Positions 28,501 to 36,603 of a DNA stretch of 64,000 nucleotides are shown piece by piece. This DNA comes from Candidatus Eiseniibacteriota bacterium. Lineage in GTDB: Bacteria; Eisenbacteria; RBG-16-71-46. The position numbers and the translations under genes were made by a program. The notes under the pieces were generated by a model, which was not told the DNA's origin, made no database searches, and saw nothing but the letters and a program-made list of their open reading frames with translations. Location: assembly GCA_963707915.1 (NCBI GenBank), contig OY970178.1, positions 2,240,001 through 2,304,000 on the forward strand. The letters run 5' to 3'. How positions within the stretch are numbered: the first letter of the stretch is position 1; the number at the start of each line of letters is the position of its first letter.

Positions 28501-29011
28501 CGGACGCCGGCAGGACGCCCGCGCACCGGCGCTCGTCGCGCCCGACGGCACGGACCTCGCGCCGGAGCCGGTCTCCCCCGTGGCGGCGCCCGACCTGCCC
28601 GAGTTCGACCTCGCCGAACGCGTGCGCGGCGAGTGCCGCGCGACCGGGTTGTGGTTCAGCGCGCACCCGCTGAACGTGCGGGTCGGGGCCGACGCGCCGG
28701 GCGCGTGCCCGGCGCCGGCGGACGGGGCCGGGGTCGTGCGCTGCGCGGACGTCCCCGCGCACGCCGGCCGGCGCGTGGCGATCGTCGGGATGCCGTGCGC
28801 CTACCGCCGCGTCGAGACCAAGAGCGGCGGCAGGATGCTGTTCCTCACCCTCGCGGACCGGAGCGGCCTCGCCGAGTGCGTGCTCTTCCCCGACGCGTTC
28901 CGCGCGCACGCGCAGGCCGTGCGGGGCCAGGTCGTGCGGGTCGAGGGACGCGTGGACCGGGCGCTGGACGCGGTCACGCTCGTGGTGGAGCGCGCCGCGG
29001 CGCTGGCGTAG
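25568..29011 (+). CDS. dnaE2: Error-prone DNA polymerase III alpha subunit
   Basis: Degenerate PHP domain, 'GRGSGA', 'FERFL', catalytic 'PDLDID' and 'KLDLLG', 'YAFCKAH', OB fold 'TKSG..MLFLTLAD'. Confidence 0.92.
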   Translation: MTFVPLRVRSHGSLLEGTASPRSLVERALALGYDALALTDRDNLYLAMAFRHAARAEGLAPLLGAEVTLRAAEPASPRRRPGALLIALDRRGYANLCAVLTARQLDADFDLVRSLAGWHAGLHVVVESPGLAAALLAAGVPAAVGVRPGPSRPRAGAGGLWLGVRGIAAERGPASACPLRERIAAARRSGVPLVATGDVVMLEPGDWDVHRVAVTAAAGGLLERMPPGAFAAREAWLAGPDEWTRRVRATCAAAGVPEAADEALANNAALAARCRLEIETGVPILPSAPLPGAHAGPGSESGPAWLRRQAEAGLARRYDRAGIPPARARLDEELAIIERLGFTGYFLVVAEIVAFARARGIPTVGRGSGASSIVSYALGITNVDPLRHGLCFERFLHPQRRDCPDLDIDLCWQRREEVIAHVYETYGRDRVAMISTHATLGARSAFRETAKALGVANARVNALARRIPRELAAPDLERLERLPDAGGIDWREPPLGEALRLAGRLAGAPRHLSVHCGGIVVADRPLTWYVPLERARGARRSVTAGSDVVVTQFEMRAVEQIGLVKLDLLGNRALSTIGECVTLARRHEPPGAPAGAAPVPDPDLVPEDDPATAARVAAGDTLNCFQLESPAMRHLLRMLRASTLAETIAAVALVRPGPAESGMKEAFCRRHRGLEPATFHHPDLVPVLDATHGVMLYEEDVMRVAAALAGLSLAEGDDLRRALAAARDDEEFRSLERGFVAACAHRGVADGAARAVWRDLVRFAAYAFCKAHAAGYGALGWQSAYFKTHFPAEWAVGILNHHAGMYATWVHVEDLRRSGVRFLPPCVNHSEWATTLETEEGQGPGAGELRGHVRLRDPASAHSSSAGSAILAPPACGRPRGTPQPPNPAVSQPAPDPAVPHQAAVRVGLGRVFGLAEVTGGRIVGARAARPFRGLADLVDRARPTLPELESLVLAGALDFTGRTRPSLLLEARLGGATGRRQDARAPALVAPDGTDLAPEPVSPVAAPDLPEFDLAERVRGECRATGLWFSAHPLNVRVGADAPGACPAPADGAGVVRCADVPAHAGRRVAIVGMPCAYRRVETKSGGRMLFLTLADRSGLAECVLFPDAFRAHAQAVRGQVVRVEGRVDRALDAVTLVVERAAALA
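28090..28233. mobile_element. 144-bp MITE/REP-like palindromic element inserted in frame in dnaE2
   Basis: 29-bp terminal inverted repeats (28090-28118 and 28205-28233, two mismatches); length equals 48 codons; reading frame stays open. Confidence 0.6.
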
Positions 29012-29057
29012 GCTCCCGGGGAGAAGCCACGCGTCCGACACGCGCCCGGGAGGGACC

Positions 29058-30032
29058 ATGAGAGCCATCCGCTTCCACGAATTCGGCGGCCCCGACGTCT
29101 ACCGCTACGAGGAGGTCCCCGAGCCCGCGCCGGGCGCGGGACAGGCGCTGGTCGCGGTCGAGGCGGCCGGCGTGAACTTCATCGAGGTCTACCAGCGCAC
29201 CGGGCTCTACCCCGTCGCCCTGCCCGCCACCCCCGGGTCCGAGGCCGCGGGCACGATCGTCGCCGTCGGTCCCGGCGTGGAGGAGTTCCGGGCGGGGGAC
29301 CGCGTGGCCTGGCAGGGCGGCTCCGGGGCCTACGCCGAGCGCGCGGCCGCGCCGGTCGAGCGGCTCGTGCGCCTGCCCGCGGAAGTGAGCGCGCGGCAGG
29401 GCGCCGCCGCGATGCTCCAGGGCATGACCGCGCACTACCTCGCCGGCGCGACGGTCCCGCTCGGGCCCGGCGATGCATGCCTGGTGCACGCGGCGGCGGG
29501 CGGGGTGGGGCGGCTGCTCTGCCAGATCGCGAAGCGGCGCGGCGCGCGCGTGATCGGCACCGTGTCCACGCCGGAGAAGGCCGCGCTCGCGCGCGAGGCG
29601 GGCGCGGACGACGTCATCCTCTACGCCGAACAGGACTTCGAGGCCGAGGTGGGCCGCCTCACCGGCGGCGCGGGCGTGCGGGCGGTGTACGACTCGGTGG
29701 GCCGCACCACGTTCGAGCGCAGCCTGCGCTGCCTCGCCCCGCGCGGGACGATGGTGCTGTTCGGGCAGTCGAGCGGACCGGTCGAAGCGTTCGACCCGCA
29801 GGTGCTGAACCAGCGCGGCTCGATCTTCCTCACCCGGCCCTCGCTCGGGCACTACACGGCGACGCGGGCCGAGTTCCTCGCGCGTGCGAACGAGGTGCTG
29901 GCCTGGGTGCGCGACGGCACGCTGCGGCTGCGCATCGGGCGGGAGTTCCCGCTATCGCAGGCGGCCGAGGCGCACCGCCAGCTGCAGGGCCGTGCGACCG
30001 CCGGCAAGCTGCTGCTCATCCCGGGGACGTAG
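29058..30032 (+). CDS. qor: NADPH:quinone oxidoreductase
   Basis: 'GVNFIE', 'MLQGMTAHYL', 'HAAAGGVG', 'YDSVG', 'FGQSSG'. Confidence 0.92.
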   Translation: MRAIRFHEFGGPDVYRYEEVPEPAPGAGQALVAVEAAGVNFIEVYQRTGLYPVALPATPGSEAAGTIVAVGPGVEEFRAGDRVAWQGGSGAYAERAAAPVERLVRLPAEVSARQGAAAMLQGMTAHYLAGATVPLGPGDACLVHAAAGGVGRLLCQIAKRRGARVIGTVSTPEKAALAREAGADDVILYAEQDFEAEVGRLTGGAGVRAVYDSVGRTTFERSLRCLAPRGTMVLFGQSSGPVEAFDPQVLNQRGSIFLTRPSLGHYTATRAEFLARANEVLAWVRDGTLRLRIGREFPLSQAAEAHRQLQGRATAGKLLLIPGT

Positions 30033-30151
30033 CGCGACCGACACGCGCGCCGGGCCGGCCAGGGCCGCTCATGGCCACGCCCGCGTCGGCGGGCCATGGG
30101 GCGGCCCGGTCAGATCCCCCCGCCCGGCGTCGGATCGCGGGCCCGCTCCCG

Positions 30152-31375
30152 CTACTCGTACCGCAGCGCCTCGATCGGGTCGAGCGAAGCCGCGCGCCGC
30201 GCCGGCCAGACGCCGAAGACGATGCCCACTGCGAACGAGAACACGAAGGCGACCAGCACCGAGGAAAGCCCCACCGCGGTGTTCCAGTGGAAGACGGTCC
30301 GCAGCAGCACCGCCCCGCCGGCGCCCAGCGTGACGCCGATGACGCCGCCCAGCAGGCAGAGCACGATGGCCTCGACCAGGAACTGCAGCAGGATGTCCGG
30401 ACGGGTGGCGCCGAGGGCCTTGCGCACGCCGATCTCCCGCGTCCGCTCGGTCACCGACACCAGCATGATGTTCATGATCCCGATGCCGCCCACCAGCAGG
30501 CTCACCGCGGCGATCCCGGCGAGCAGGAGGGTGAACACCTTCGTCGTCTCCCCCAGCGTGTTGAGGAAGTCCGACTGGTTGCGGATGTTGAAGTCGTCCG
30601 CCTGCCCCGGCCGCAGCCGGTGCTGGCGGCGCAGGATCTTCTGGATCTCGGCCATCGCGACCGGGATGTCCTTCTCGGTCGGGGCCAGCACGTTGATGGT
30701 GCGGATGCGGTCGCCCCCCACCAGCCGGTAGCGCGCGGTCTGGATGGGCACCAGCACCTGGTCGTCCGGGTTCGAGAAACCCCCGCCCTGCCCCTTCGAG
30801 GCGAGCACGCCGACCACGGTGAACTGGACGCTGTTGATCCGGACCTCGGCGCCGACCAGGGCCTCCGCGTTCGGCGCCCCGAGATCTTCGAGAACCTGGG
30901 AGCCGAGCACCACGACGCGGCGCTTGCCGGCGTCCTCGGCGGACGAGAACATCCGCCCGGCCGCGATGGTGAACTTCCGCACCTCGGCGTAGTTCGCCGT
31001 CGTGCCGGTCACGGTCGTGTTGGTGTTCTGGTCGCGGTACTGCACCTGGAGCTGCCGCGCCATCTCGGGCTGCACCGCGGCGACGGTGACGGCGAGGTTC
31101 TCGAGCGCCCGGGCATCGTCCAGCGTGAGCGGGGCGCGGTCCGACGACGAGGCGACCCCGCCGGGGACCCGGGCCTGGCCGGGCATCACGGTCAGCAGCG
31201 TGGTGCCCAGCGCGGCGATGCGCTCGTTCACCGACTGCTGCGCGCCGCGCCCCAGGGCGACCATGGCGATGACGGCGGCGACGCCGATCACGATGCCCAG
31301 CATGGTGAGGAACGAACGCAGCTTGTTGGCCCCGAGCGCCTCCAGGGCCACGCTGGTGGTCTCGCCGAAGAGCAT
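30152..31375 (-). CDS. MacB-type ABC permease
   Basis: 'NKLRSFLTMLGIVIG', 'GGIGIMNIMLVSVTERTREIG', 'DPIEALRYE'. Confidence 0.93.
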   Translation of the reverse strand: MLFGETTSVALEALGANKLRSFLTMLGIVIGVAAVIAMVALGRGAQQSVNERIAALGTTLLTVMPGQARVPGGVASSSDRAPLTLDDARALENLAVTVAAVQPEMARQLQVQYRDQNTNTTVTGTTANYAEVRKFTIAAGRMFSSAEDAGKRRVVVLGSQVLEDLGAPNAEALVGAEVRINSVQFTVVGVLASKGQGGGFSNPDDQVLVPIQTARYRLVGGDRIRTINVLAPTEKDIPVAMAEIQKILRRQHRLRPGQADDFNIRNQSDFLNTLGETTKVFTLLLAGIAAVSLLVGGIGIMNIMLVSVTERTREIGVRKALGATRPDILLQFLVEAIVLCLLGGVIGVTLGAGGAVLLRTVFHWNTAVGLSSVLVAFVFSFAVGIVFGVWPARRAASLDPIEALRYE

Positions 31376-31376
31376 G

Positions 31377-32840
31377 TCAGTGTCCTCCGCCGGCTCCGCG
31401 GCCGCCCCCGGACGGTGCGCTGCCCACGCCCGGCATGCCGCTGCCCATGCGCTGCCTCAGCTGCGCCTGGTCGCTCTGCCGCTTCGCCTGCACCGCCGCC
31501 ACGCTGAGCAGCGCCACCTGGTCACCCTCCTTCAGGCCGTCGAGCACCTCGGAGTAGTCGAAGTCGCTGATGCCGATGCGCACGACCCGGGGCTCGAGCC
31601 CGGTGGCGGTCTTCAGGAGCACGACCTGGGCCTGGCCCGCGCGACCACCGCCCGTGCTCCCGTTGCGCGACGTCCCCGGCCCGCCCCCGGCCGCGTTCCC
31701 GCTCCAGGCGCCCCGGCCGCGCCGGGAACCCCGCGCGTGCGCGGAATCGCCGCGGGAGCCAATGGCCGACCCGAGCCGCGTCGAGTCGCCGCGGAGACGC
31801 TGGCGCTCGAGCGCGCGGTCGGCGACCTGCCGCTGGACCTGCGCCTGGAGCGAGTCGGGGATCAGCCCGAGCCCCGGCGCCAGGGCGGGCAACTCACGCG
31901 CGCTGCGCACCGCGTCGAGCGGCACGGCCAGCACGCCGGTCCGGCTCGAGATGGAGATCGTGACCTCTCCGTTCATGCCGGGGAGCAGCAGGCCGTTCTC
32001 GTTCGCGATCGAGACCAGCACCGGGAACATGGTGACGGACTGCTGGACCACGGCCTGCGGCTCGATCTTCAGGACCGTGCCCCGGAACGGCCGGTTGGGG
32101 AACGCGTCGACCGTGACCGTGGCGGGCAATCCGGGCTGCACGCTGCCGATGTCGGTCTCGCCCACCAGCGCCTGCATCTGCACCCGGTTCAGGTCGGCCA
32201 TCTTCAGCAACAGCGTCCCGCCGCTCGCGGACATCGTGGCCGACGCGATCACCTGTCCCTTGGTGACGTCCTGCTCGACGATGGTGCCGTCGTAGGGCGC
32301 CCGCACCGTGGCGTCGTCCAGGGCCTGCTTGGCGTTGGACCGGTTCGAGCGCGCGTTGACCAACTGCGACTGGGCGTTGGCGTACGCCAGGATCGCGCTC
32401 TCGTGCTGGTCGGCCGTCATGTATCCCTTCGCGAAGAGCTCGTCCGCCCGGTCCTTCGCCGCCCGGGTCACGGTCACGCTCGCCTGCGCGGCCTGCAGGG
32501 CGGCCGACGCCTCGTCGTAGGTGTTCCGGACGTTGAGGGGATCCACCTGCGCCAGCACGTCCCCGGTCTTCACGGCCGAGCCGATCTCGACCGCCATCTT
32601 GATGATCTGCCCCGACGCCTTCGAGCGGATCTCGGTGACCTCCACCGGTTCGACGGTCCCGGTGGCCTCGACGGTCTGGGCGATGTCGCGGCGCGCGACG
32701 GCTTCGGTCTGCACGGCCGTCACCGCGGAACGGCGGCCGCGAACGGCCCGCACGACGAGGAACACGGCGATCACCGCGAGCAGCAGCGCCGCGATCGCCA
32801 CCGGGCGCATGACGAGGGAACGAGACGGGCGTTGGTTCAC
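31377..32840 (-). CDS. Efflux periplasmic adaptor (MacA-like)
   Basis: 'EATGTVEP', 'VRAPYDG', 'VTVDAFP', 'LLPGMNG'. Confidence 0.9.
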   Translation of the reverse strand: MNQRPSRSLVMRPVAIAALLLAVIAVFLVVRAVRGRRSAVTAVQTEAVARRDIAQTVEATGTVEPVEVTEIRSKASGQIIKMAVEIGSAVKTGDVLAQVDPLNVRNTYDEASAALQAAQASVTVTRAAKDRADELFAKGYMTADQHESAILAYANAQSQLVNARSNRSNAKQALDDATVRAPYDGTIVEQDVTKGQVIASATMSASGGTLLLKMADLNRVQMQALVGETDIGSVQPGLPATVTVDAFPNRPFRGTVLKIEPQAVVQQSVTMFPVLVSIANENGLLLPGMNGEVTISISSRTGVLAVPLDAVRSARELPALAPGLGLIPDSLQAQVQRQVADRALERQRLRGDSTRLGSAIGSRGDSAHARGSRRGRGAWSGNAAGGGPGTSRNGSTGGGRAGQAQVVLLKTATGLEPRVVRIGISDFDYSEVLDGLKEGDQVALLSVAAVQAKRQSDQAQLRQRMGSGMPGVGSAPSGGGRGAGGGH

Positions 32841-32894
32841 GGCTTCCTCCCAGCGGGCGCCGGGTCACGGCGCGGGACGTGGACGCGGATCATG

Positions 32895-34202
32895 TCAGAG
32901 GTTCCTTCCCACCAGCGCCTCGAGCTGCGCCTTCGCCACGCGCTGGTCGTAGCGCGCCTGGATCAGGGCGTGCCGCGCCTGGTCGAGGGTCGTCTGCGAG
33001 GTCAGCATGTCGAGCAGCGTGGCGAGGCCCATCGAGTACATCTCCTGCTGCTGGCGCAGGTCCTCCTGCGCGGCTTCCACGGTGGCGGCCTGCACGGCGG
33101 ACTGCTGCTCCGCGGTGTGGAACGCGCCCAGCGCCTGCGTGAGGGTCTGGGCCGCAGCCAGCCGCGCGTCGGCCAGGTCCGCCTCGGCGTTCCGCACCGC
33201 GACCTGCGCCTGCGTCACCTGCTGCACGCGCTGGAAGCGCTGGAAGATCGGGAGCGAGAGCGAGAGGCGCAGCGACCCCGAGTACGAGTAGTCCTCGGTC
33301 GAGAGCGTGAAGGCCGCAGCGGTCCCGCTCCCGCCGCGCGAGTAGCTGGCGGTCACGGACGGCAGGTAGCTGGTCCAGGCCCCGCGCAACGCCGCCCGCG
33401 ACGCCTCGAGCGTCGCGGCGGCCTGCTGCACCGCCGGGCCCTCGAGGGCGAGCCGGCGGAGCGTGTCGTCGTCGAGCGCCAGCGCCGGCCGGTCGAGCGA
33501 GTCCTCGGCCGCCGCCGTCACCCGGTGCGGCGCGCCGACCGCCCGCGTGAGCTGCGCGTCCGCCAGCTCGAGCGCCTGGCGGGCCTGCAGCACGGCGAGG
33601 CGCGCGTTGCTCGCCTGGATCTCGGAGCGCAACGAGTCGGAGCGCGTCACGACCCGCAGCTCGAGGCGCCGGATCGAGGTCCGGAGCTGCTGCTCCGCCT
33701 GCTCCAGCTGCGCGCGGGCCGCGGCCTCGGACTCGCGCGCCGCCAGCACGCCGAAGAACTGCTGCTTCACGGCGAGCGTGGTGCCGAAGCGCTGGGTCAC
33801 CAGGTTGGCGGCCGCGCCCACGGCCTGCGCACGGGCCTGGCGCAGCTCGAAGAAGCGCGCGCCGCCGGTGAACAGGTCGACGCTGGCGCCGAGCCCGATG
33901 TTGAGCGACCAGGGGTCGGGCGCGAGCGTGAGCACCTGGCCGTTCTGGACGATGGTCTGGCCCTGGCGCGTCGGCACCTGCCGCGAGGCCCCGGCCGAGA
34001 CGCTCACCGTGGGCAGGAACGCGCCGTACGCCGCGCGCAGCCCGGCGTCGGTGGTGCGCTTCTGGCCCTCCGCCTGGATCACCGCCGGGGCGTTCGACTG
34101 CGCGAGCGCCACCGCCTCCGCAAGCGTGATGGGCCGCGGCGCGGTGTCGGCCGGAGCCGACGACGAGAGCGCGGCCGTCACGAGCCACAGGCCGATCCAC
34201 AT
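32895..34202 (-). CDS. TolC family outer membrane channel
   Basis: 'ITLAEAVALAQSNAP', 'FLPTVS', 'LSLPIF', 'GLATLLDML'. Confidence 0.88.
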   Translation of the reverse strand: MWIGLWLVTAALSSSAPADTAPRPITLAEAVALAQSNAPAVIQAEGQKRTTDAGLRAAYGAFLPTVSVSAGASRQVPTRQGQTIVQNGQVLTLAPDPWSLNIGLGASVDLFTGGARFFELRQARAQAVGAAANLVTQRFGTTLAVKQQFFGVLAARESEAAARAQLEQAEQQLRTSIRRLELRVVTRSDSLRSEIQASNARLAVLQARQALELADAQLTRAVGAPHRVTAAAEDSLDRPALALDDDTLRRLALEGPAVQQAAATLEASRAALRGAWTSYLPSVTASYSRGGSGTAAAFTLSTEDYSYSGSLRLSLSLPIFQRFQRVQQVTQAQVAVRNAEADLADARLAAAQTLTQALGAFHTAEQQSAVQAATVEAAQEDLRQQQEMYSMGLATLLDMLTSQTTLDQARHALIQARYDQRVAKAQLEALVGRNL

Positions 34203-34995
34203 CACGTTCTCACCCCCTCGGGTTGCGGGCCGCGAGGCCCTTCGGACTTCGGTGCGGAGGCCGGGACGCGCGGGGCCGCGTCGTCCGACTCGACCGCGCC
34301 GTCGCGCAGGACGATGCGCCGCTGCGCGTGGGCGGCCACGTCCGGGTCGTGGGTGACGACCACGACGGTCTGCCCCCCGGCGTGCAGCTCCGCGAGCAGC
34401 GCCAGCACCTCCTCGCCGGTCCGGGTGTCGAGGTTCCCGGTCGGCTCGTCGGCCAGCAGCAGCGCCGGCTCGGTCACCAGGGCACGCGCGATGGCGACCC
34501 GCTGGCGCTGCCCCCCGAGAGCTCGTTCGGGCGGTGGTGCATCCGGTCGGCGAGTTGCACGCGGCGGAGCGCTTCGGTCGCACGCCGGTGGCGCTCCTCG
34601 GCGCGGACGCCGGCGTAGACCAGCGGCAGCTCGACGTTGCGCAGGGCGGTCGCGCGCGCGAGCAGGTTGAAGGTCTGGAACACGAAGCCGATCTCGCGGT
34701 TGCGGATGTGCGCCAGCTCGGTGTCGGTCAGGCCCGAGACGAGCTGGCCATTGAGCCAGTACTCCCCGCGGGTGGGGGACTCCAGGCAGCCGAGGATGTT
34801 CATGAGCGTGGACTTCCCCGAGCCCGACGGCCCCATGATGGCCACGTACTCGTTCCGGGCGATCGCGATGTCCACGGACCGCAGCGCGTGCACCGTCTCG
34901 CTGCCCATGGCGTAGTCGCGACCCAGGCCGTTCACCCGGAGCACCGGCGCGCCCTCCCCGGCCACGGCGCCGCGCGCGAGCGCCACCTCGCTCAC
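34202..34995 (-). CDS. ABC ATP-binding protein (MacB/LolD type) with an apparent one-base frameshift in a G run
   Basis: GPSGSGKS...FVFQTFNL...ELSGG, then 'QRVAIARAL...ADEPTGNLD' continues in another frame; break at the C6 run 34511-34516. Confidence 0.85.
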
Positions 34996-35651
34996 TCGGT
35001 CACCCGCGCGTAGACACGCTTGAACTCGCGGGCCGGCATGTCTTCGGAGCCCTCGATCCTCGTGCGGACCACCAGCAGGCTCCCGTCCGCCTCGAGCCGG
35101 ATGCTCTCGGTGACCTTGCCGCCGCGCGGGCCCTGCCGCTGGACCACCAGGGTGTCGCCCTTCCACCCTCCGCTCAGCACCGTCGCGCCGGGCGCGTGCG
35201 CGAGGTCGTCCTTCGCGCCACCCAGCGTGGTGATCTCCTGCAGCACGGTGCCGGTCGAGTCCTCGAAGCTGACGAGCTGGTCGGTGTGCGTGACGTGCAT
35301 CAGGTCGGGCAGCCGCGCGGGACGGCGGGCGGCACCCTCGGGACGCGGGCCCCGCGCACCCTCGCCCCCGGCGCGGCCCACGCCGCCTGGTCCGCCCATG
35401 CCGCGGCGTCCTCCCGGCCCACCGGGCCCGCCCATGCCGCCGGGGCGTCCACCGAGACGCTCGCCGCGCGGCCCGCCGGGCTCCTCGCCCCCGCCCGCAC
35501 CCCCCATCACGTCGCTGCGCTTCGGATCCAGCCGCCACTGCCCGGTCATGTCGGGCACCTGTGCGGCGCCCTGGGCGACGGCGGATGCGCCCGGCCACGC
35601 CACCACCGTGCCCGCGATCAACGCCAGGCCGATCACCGTACGACGGATCAT
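34992..35651 (-). CDS. Secreted hypothetical protein with a Gly/Met/Arg-rich loop
   Basis: Signal peptide, '[15 protein letters not shown]', 'FKRVYAR'; first gene of the efflux operon. Confidence 0.7.
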   Translation of the reverse strand: MIRRTVIGLALIAGTVVAWPGASAVAQGAAQVPDMTGQWRLDPKRSDVMGGAGGGEEPGGPRGERLGGRPGGMGGPGGPGGRRGMGGPGGVGRAGGEGARGPRPEGAARRPARLPDLMHVTHTDQLVSFEDSTGTVLQEITTLGGAKDDLAHAPGATVLSGGWKGDTLVVQRQGPRGGKVTESIRLEADGSLLVVRTRIEGSEDMPAREFKRVYARVTE

Positions 35652-35764
35652 CGTGGTCCTCCTCGCTTCGGGTCCTGGCGCGGGCGGCGGGTTCCGCCGA
35701 CGCGCGCGGCCCACCTGCGGTGCCGCCCGGCATCCGCGCTTCTCGTCCCCAACCTACGCGTCCG

Positions 35765-35783
35765 GTGTGGCAGAGATGTGGCG
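35765..35783 (-). promoter_or_regulatory. OmpR-type tandem operator (GCCACA-N5-GCCACA) for the efflux operon promoter
   Basis: Minus strand CGCCACATCTCTGCCACAC; the -10-like TAGGTT begins 9 nt after the second GCCACA. Confidence 0.7.
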
Positions 35784-35832
35784 TCGCGCTGGCAAATTCA
35801 GACTCGCGCGAGGCCACCAAGGCCCACACTCG

Positions 35833-35851
35833 CGCCACATCTCTGCCACAC
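35833..35851 (+). promoter_or_regulatory. OmpR-type tandem operator for the response regulator promoter
   Basis: Identical 19-mer CGCCACATCTCTGCCACAC; the -10-like TACGCT begins 9 nt after the second GCCACA. Confidence 0.7.
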
Positions 35852-35916
35852 GTCCGGGATACGCTACGATGGTGGAGCGGGGCCGCGGTGGCCCCGCGTT
35901 CGATCCGAGGTCACGG

Positions 35917-36603
35917 ATGGGTCAGCGGATCCTGCTGGTCGAGGACGACGCCCGCATCGCGGACGTCGTCGCCAAGAACCTGGAAGCCGTGGGGTTCGAG
36001 TGCCACCAGTCGCCCGACGGCGGCCGGGCGCTCGCCGACTTCGCGCGCCTCAAGCCCGCCCTGGTGGTGCTGGACCTCGGGCTGCCCGGCCTCGACGGCA
36101 CCGAGGTGCTGCGCCGAATGCGCCGCGAGAGCGACGTGCCGATCCTGATCGTGACCGCGCGCACCAGCGAGAGCGACAAGCTGCTCGGGCTCGAGATCGG
36201 CGCCGACGACTACGTCACCAAGCCGTTCAGCACCGCCGAGTTGGTGGCGCGCGTGCGGGCCCTGCTGCGGCGCTCCAGCGGCACCGTCACCGAGCGCATC
36301 CTCGAGTTCGAGGACCTGCGCATCGATCCGGGCAAGCGCGCCGTCGAGCGCGCCGGGGCGCCGCTGCCGATGACCACCCTCGAGTTCGACCTGCTCTACT
36401 TCCTCGCCTCGCGCCCGGGCCGCGTGTTCAGCCGCGAGGCGCTCATGGAGCACGTCTGGGGCAGCGACCGCCTGGTCGACGACCGCTCGATCGACAGCCT
36501 GGTGAGCCGCGTGCGGCGCAAGCTCGAGACCGACCCCTCGAAGCCGCGCTGGCTGCAGACCGTCTGGGGCGCAGGCTACCGCTTCTCGGAGGCCGCCTCG
36601 TGA
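35917..36603 (+). CDS. OmpR/PhoB family response regulator
   Basis: 'ILLVEDD', 'LDLGLPGLDG', 'GADDYVTKPF', wHTH 'LQTVWGAGY'. Confidence 0.95.
   Translation: MGQRILLVEDDARIADVVAKNLEAVGFECHQSPDGGRALADFARLKPALVVLDLGLPGLDGTEVLRRMRRESDVPILIVTARTSESDKLLGLEIGADDYVTKPFSTAELVARVRALLRRSSGTVTERILEFEDLRIDPGKRAVERAGAPLPMTTLEFDLLYFLASRPGRVFSREALMEHVWGSDRLVDDRSIDSLVSRVRRKLETDPSKPRWLQTVWGAGYRFSEAAS

Noticed and set aside
31002..34670. Very long antisense and alternative-frame ORFs (e.g. 1222 aa, 1114 aa, 1180 aa)
   Set aside because: Shadow ORFs caused by high GC and stop-codon scarcity; Arg/Pro/Gly-rich with no motifs and overlapping well-supported genes
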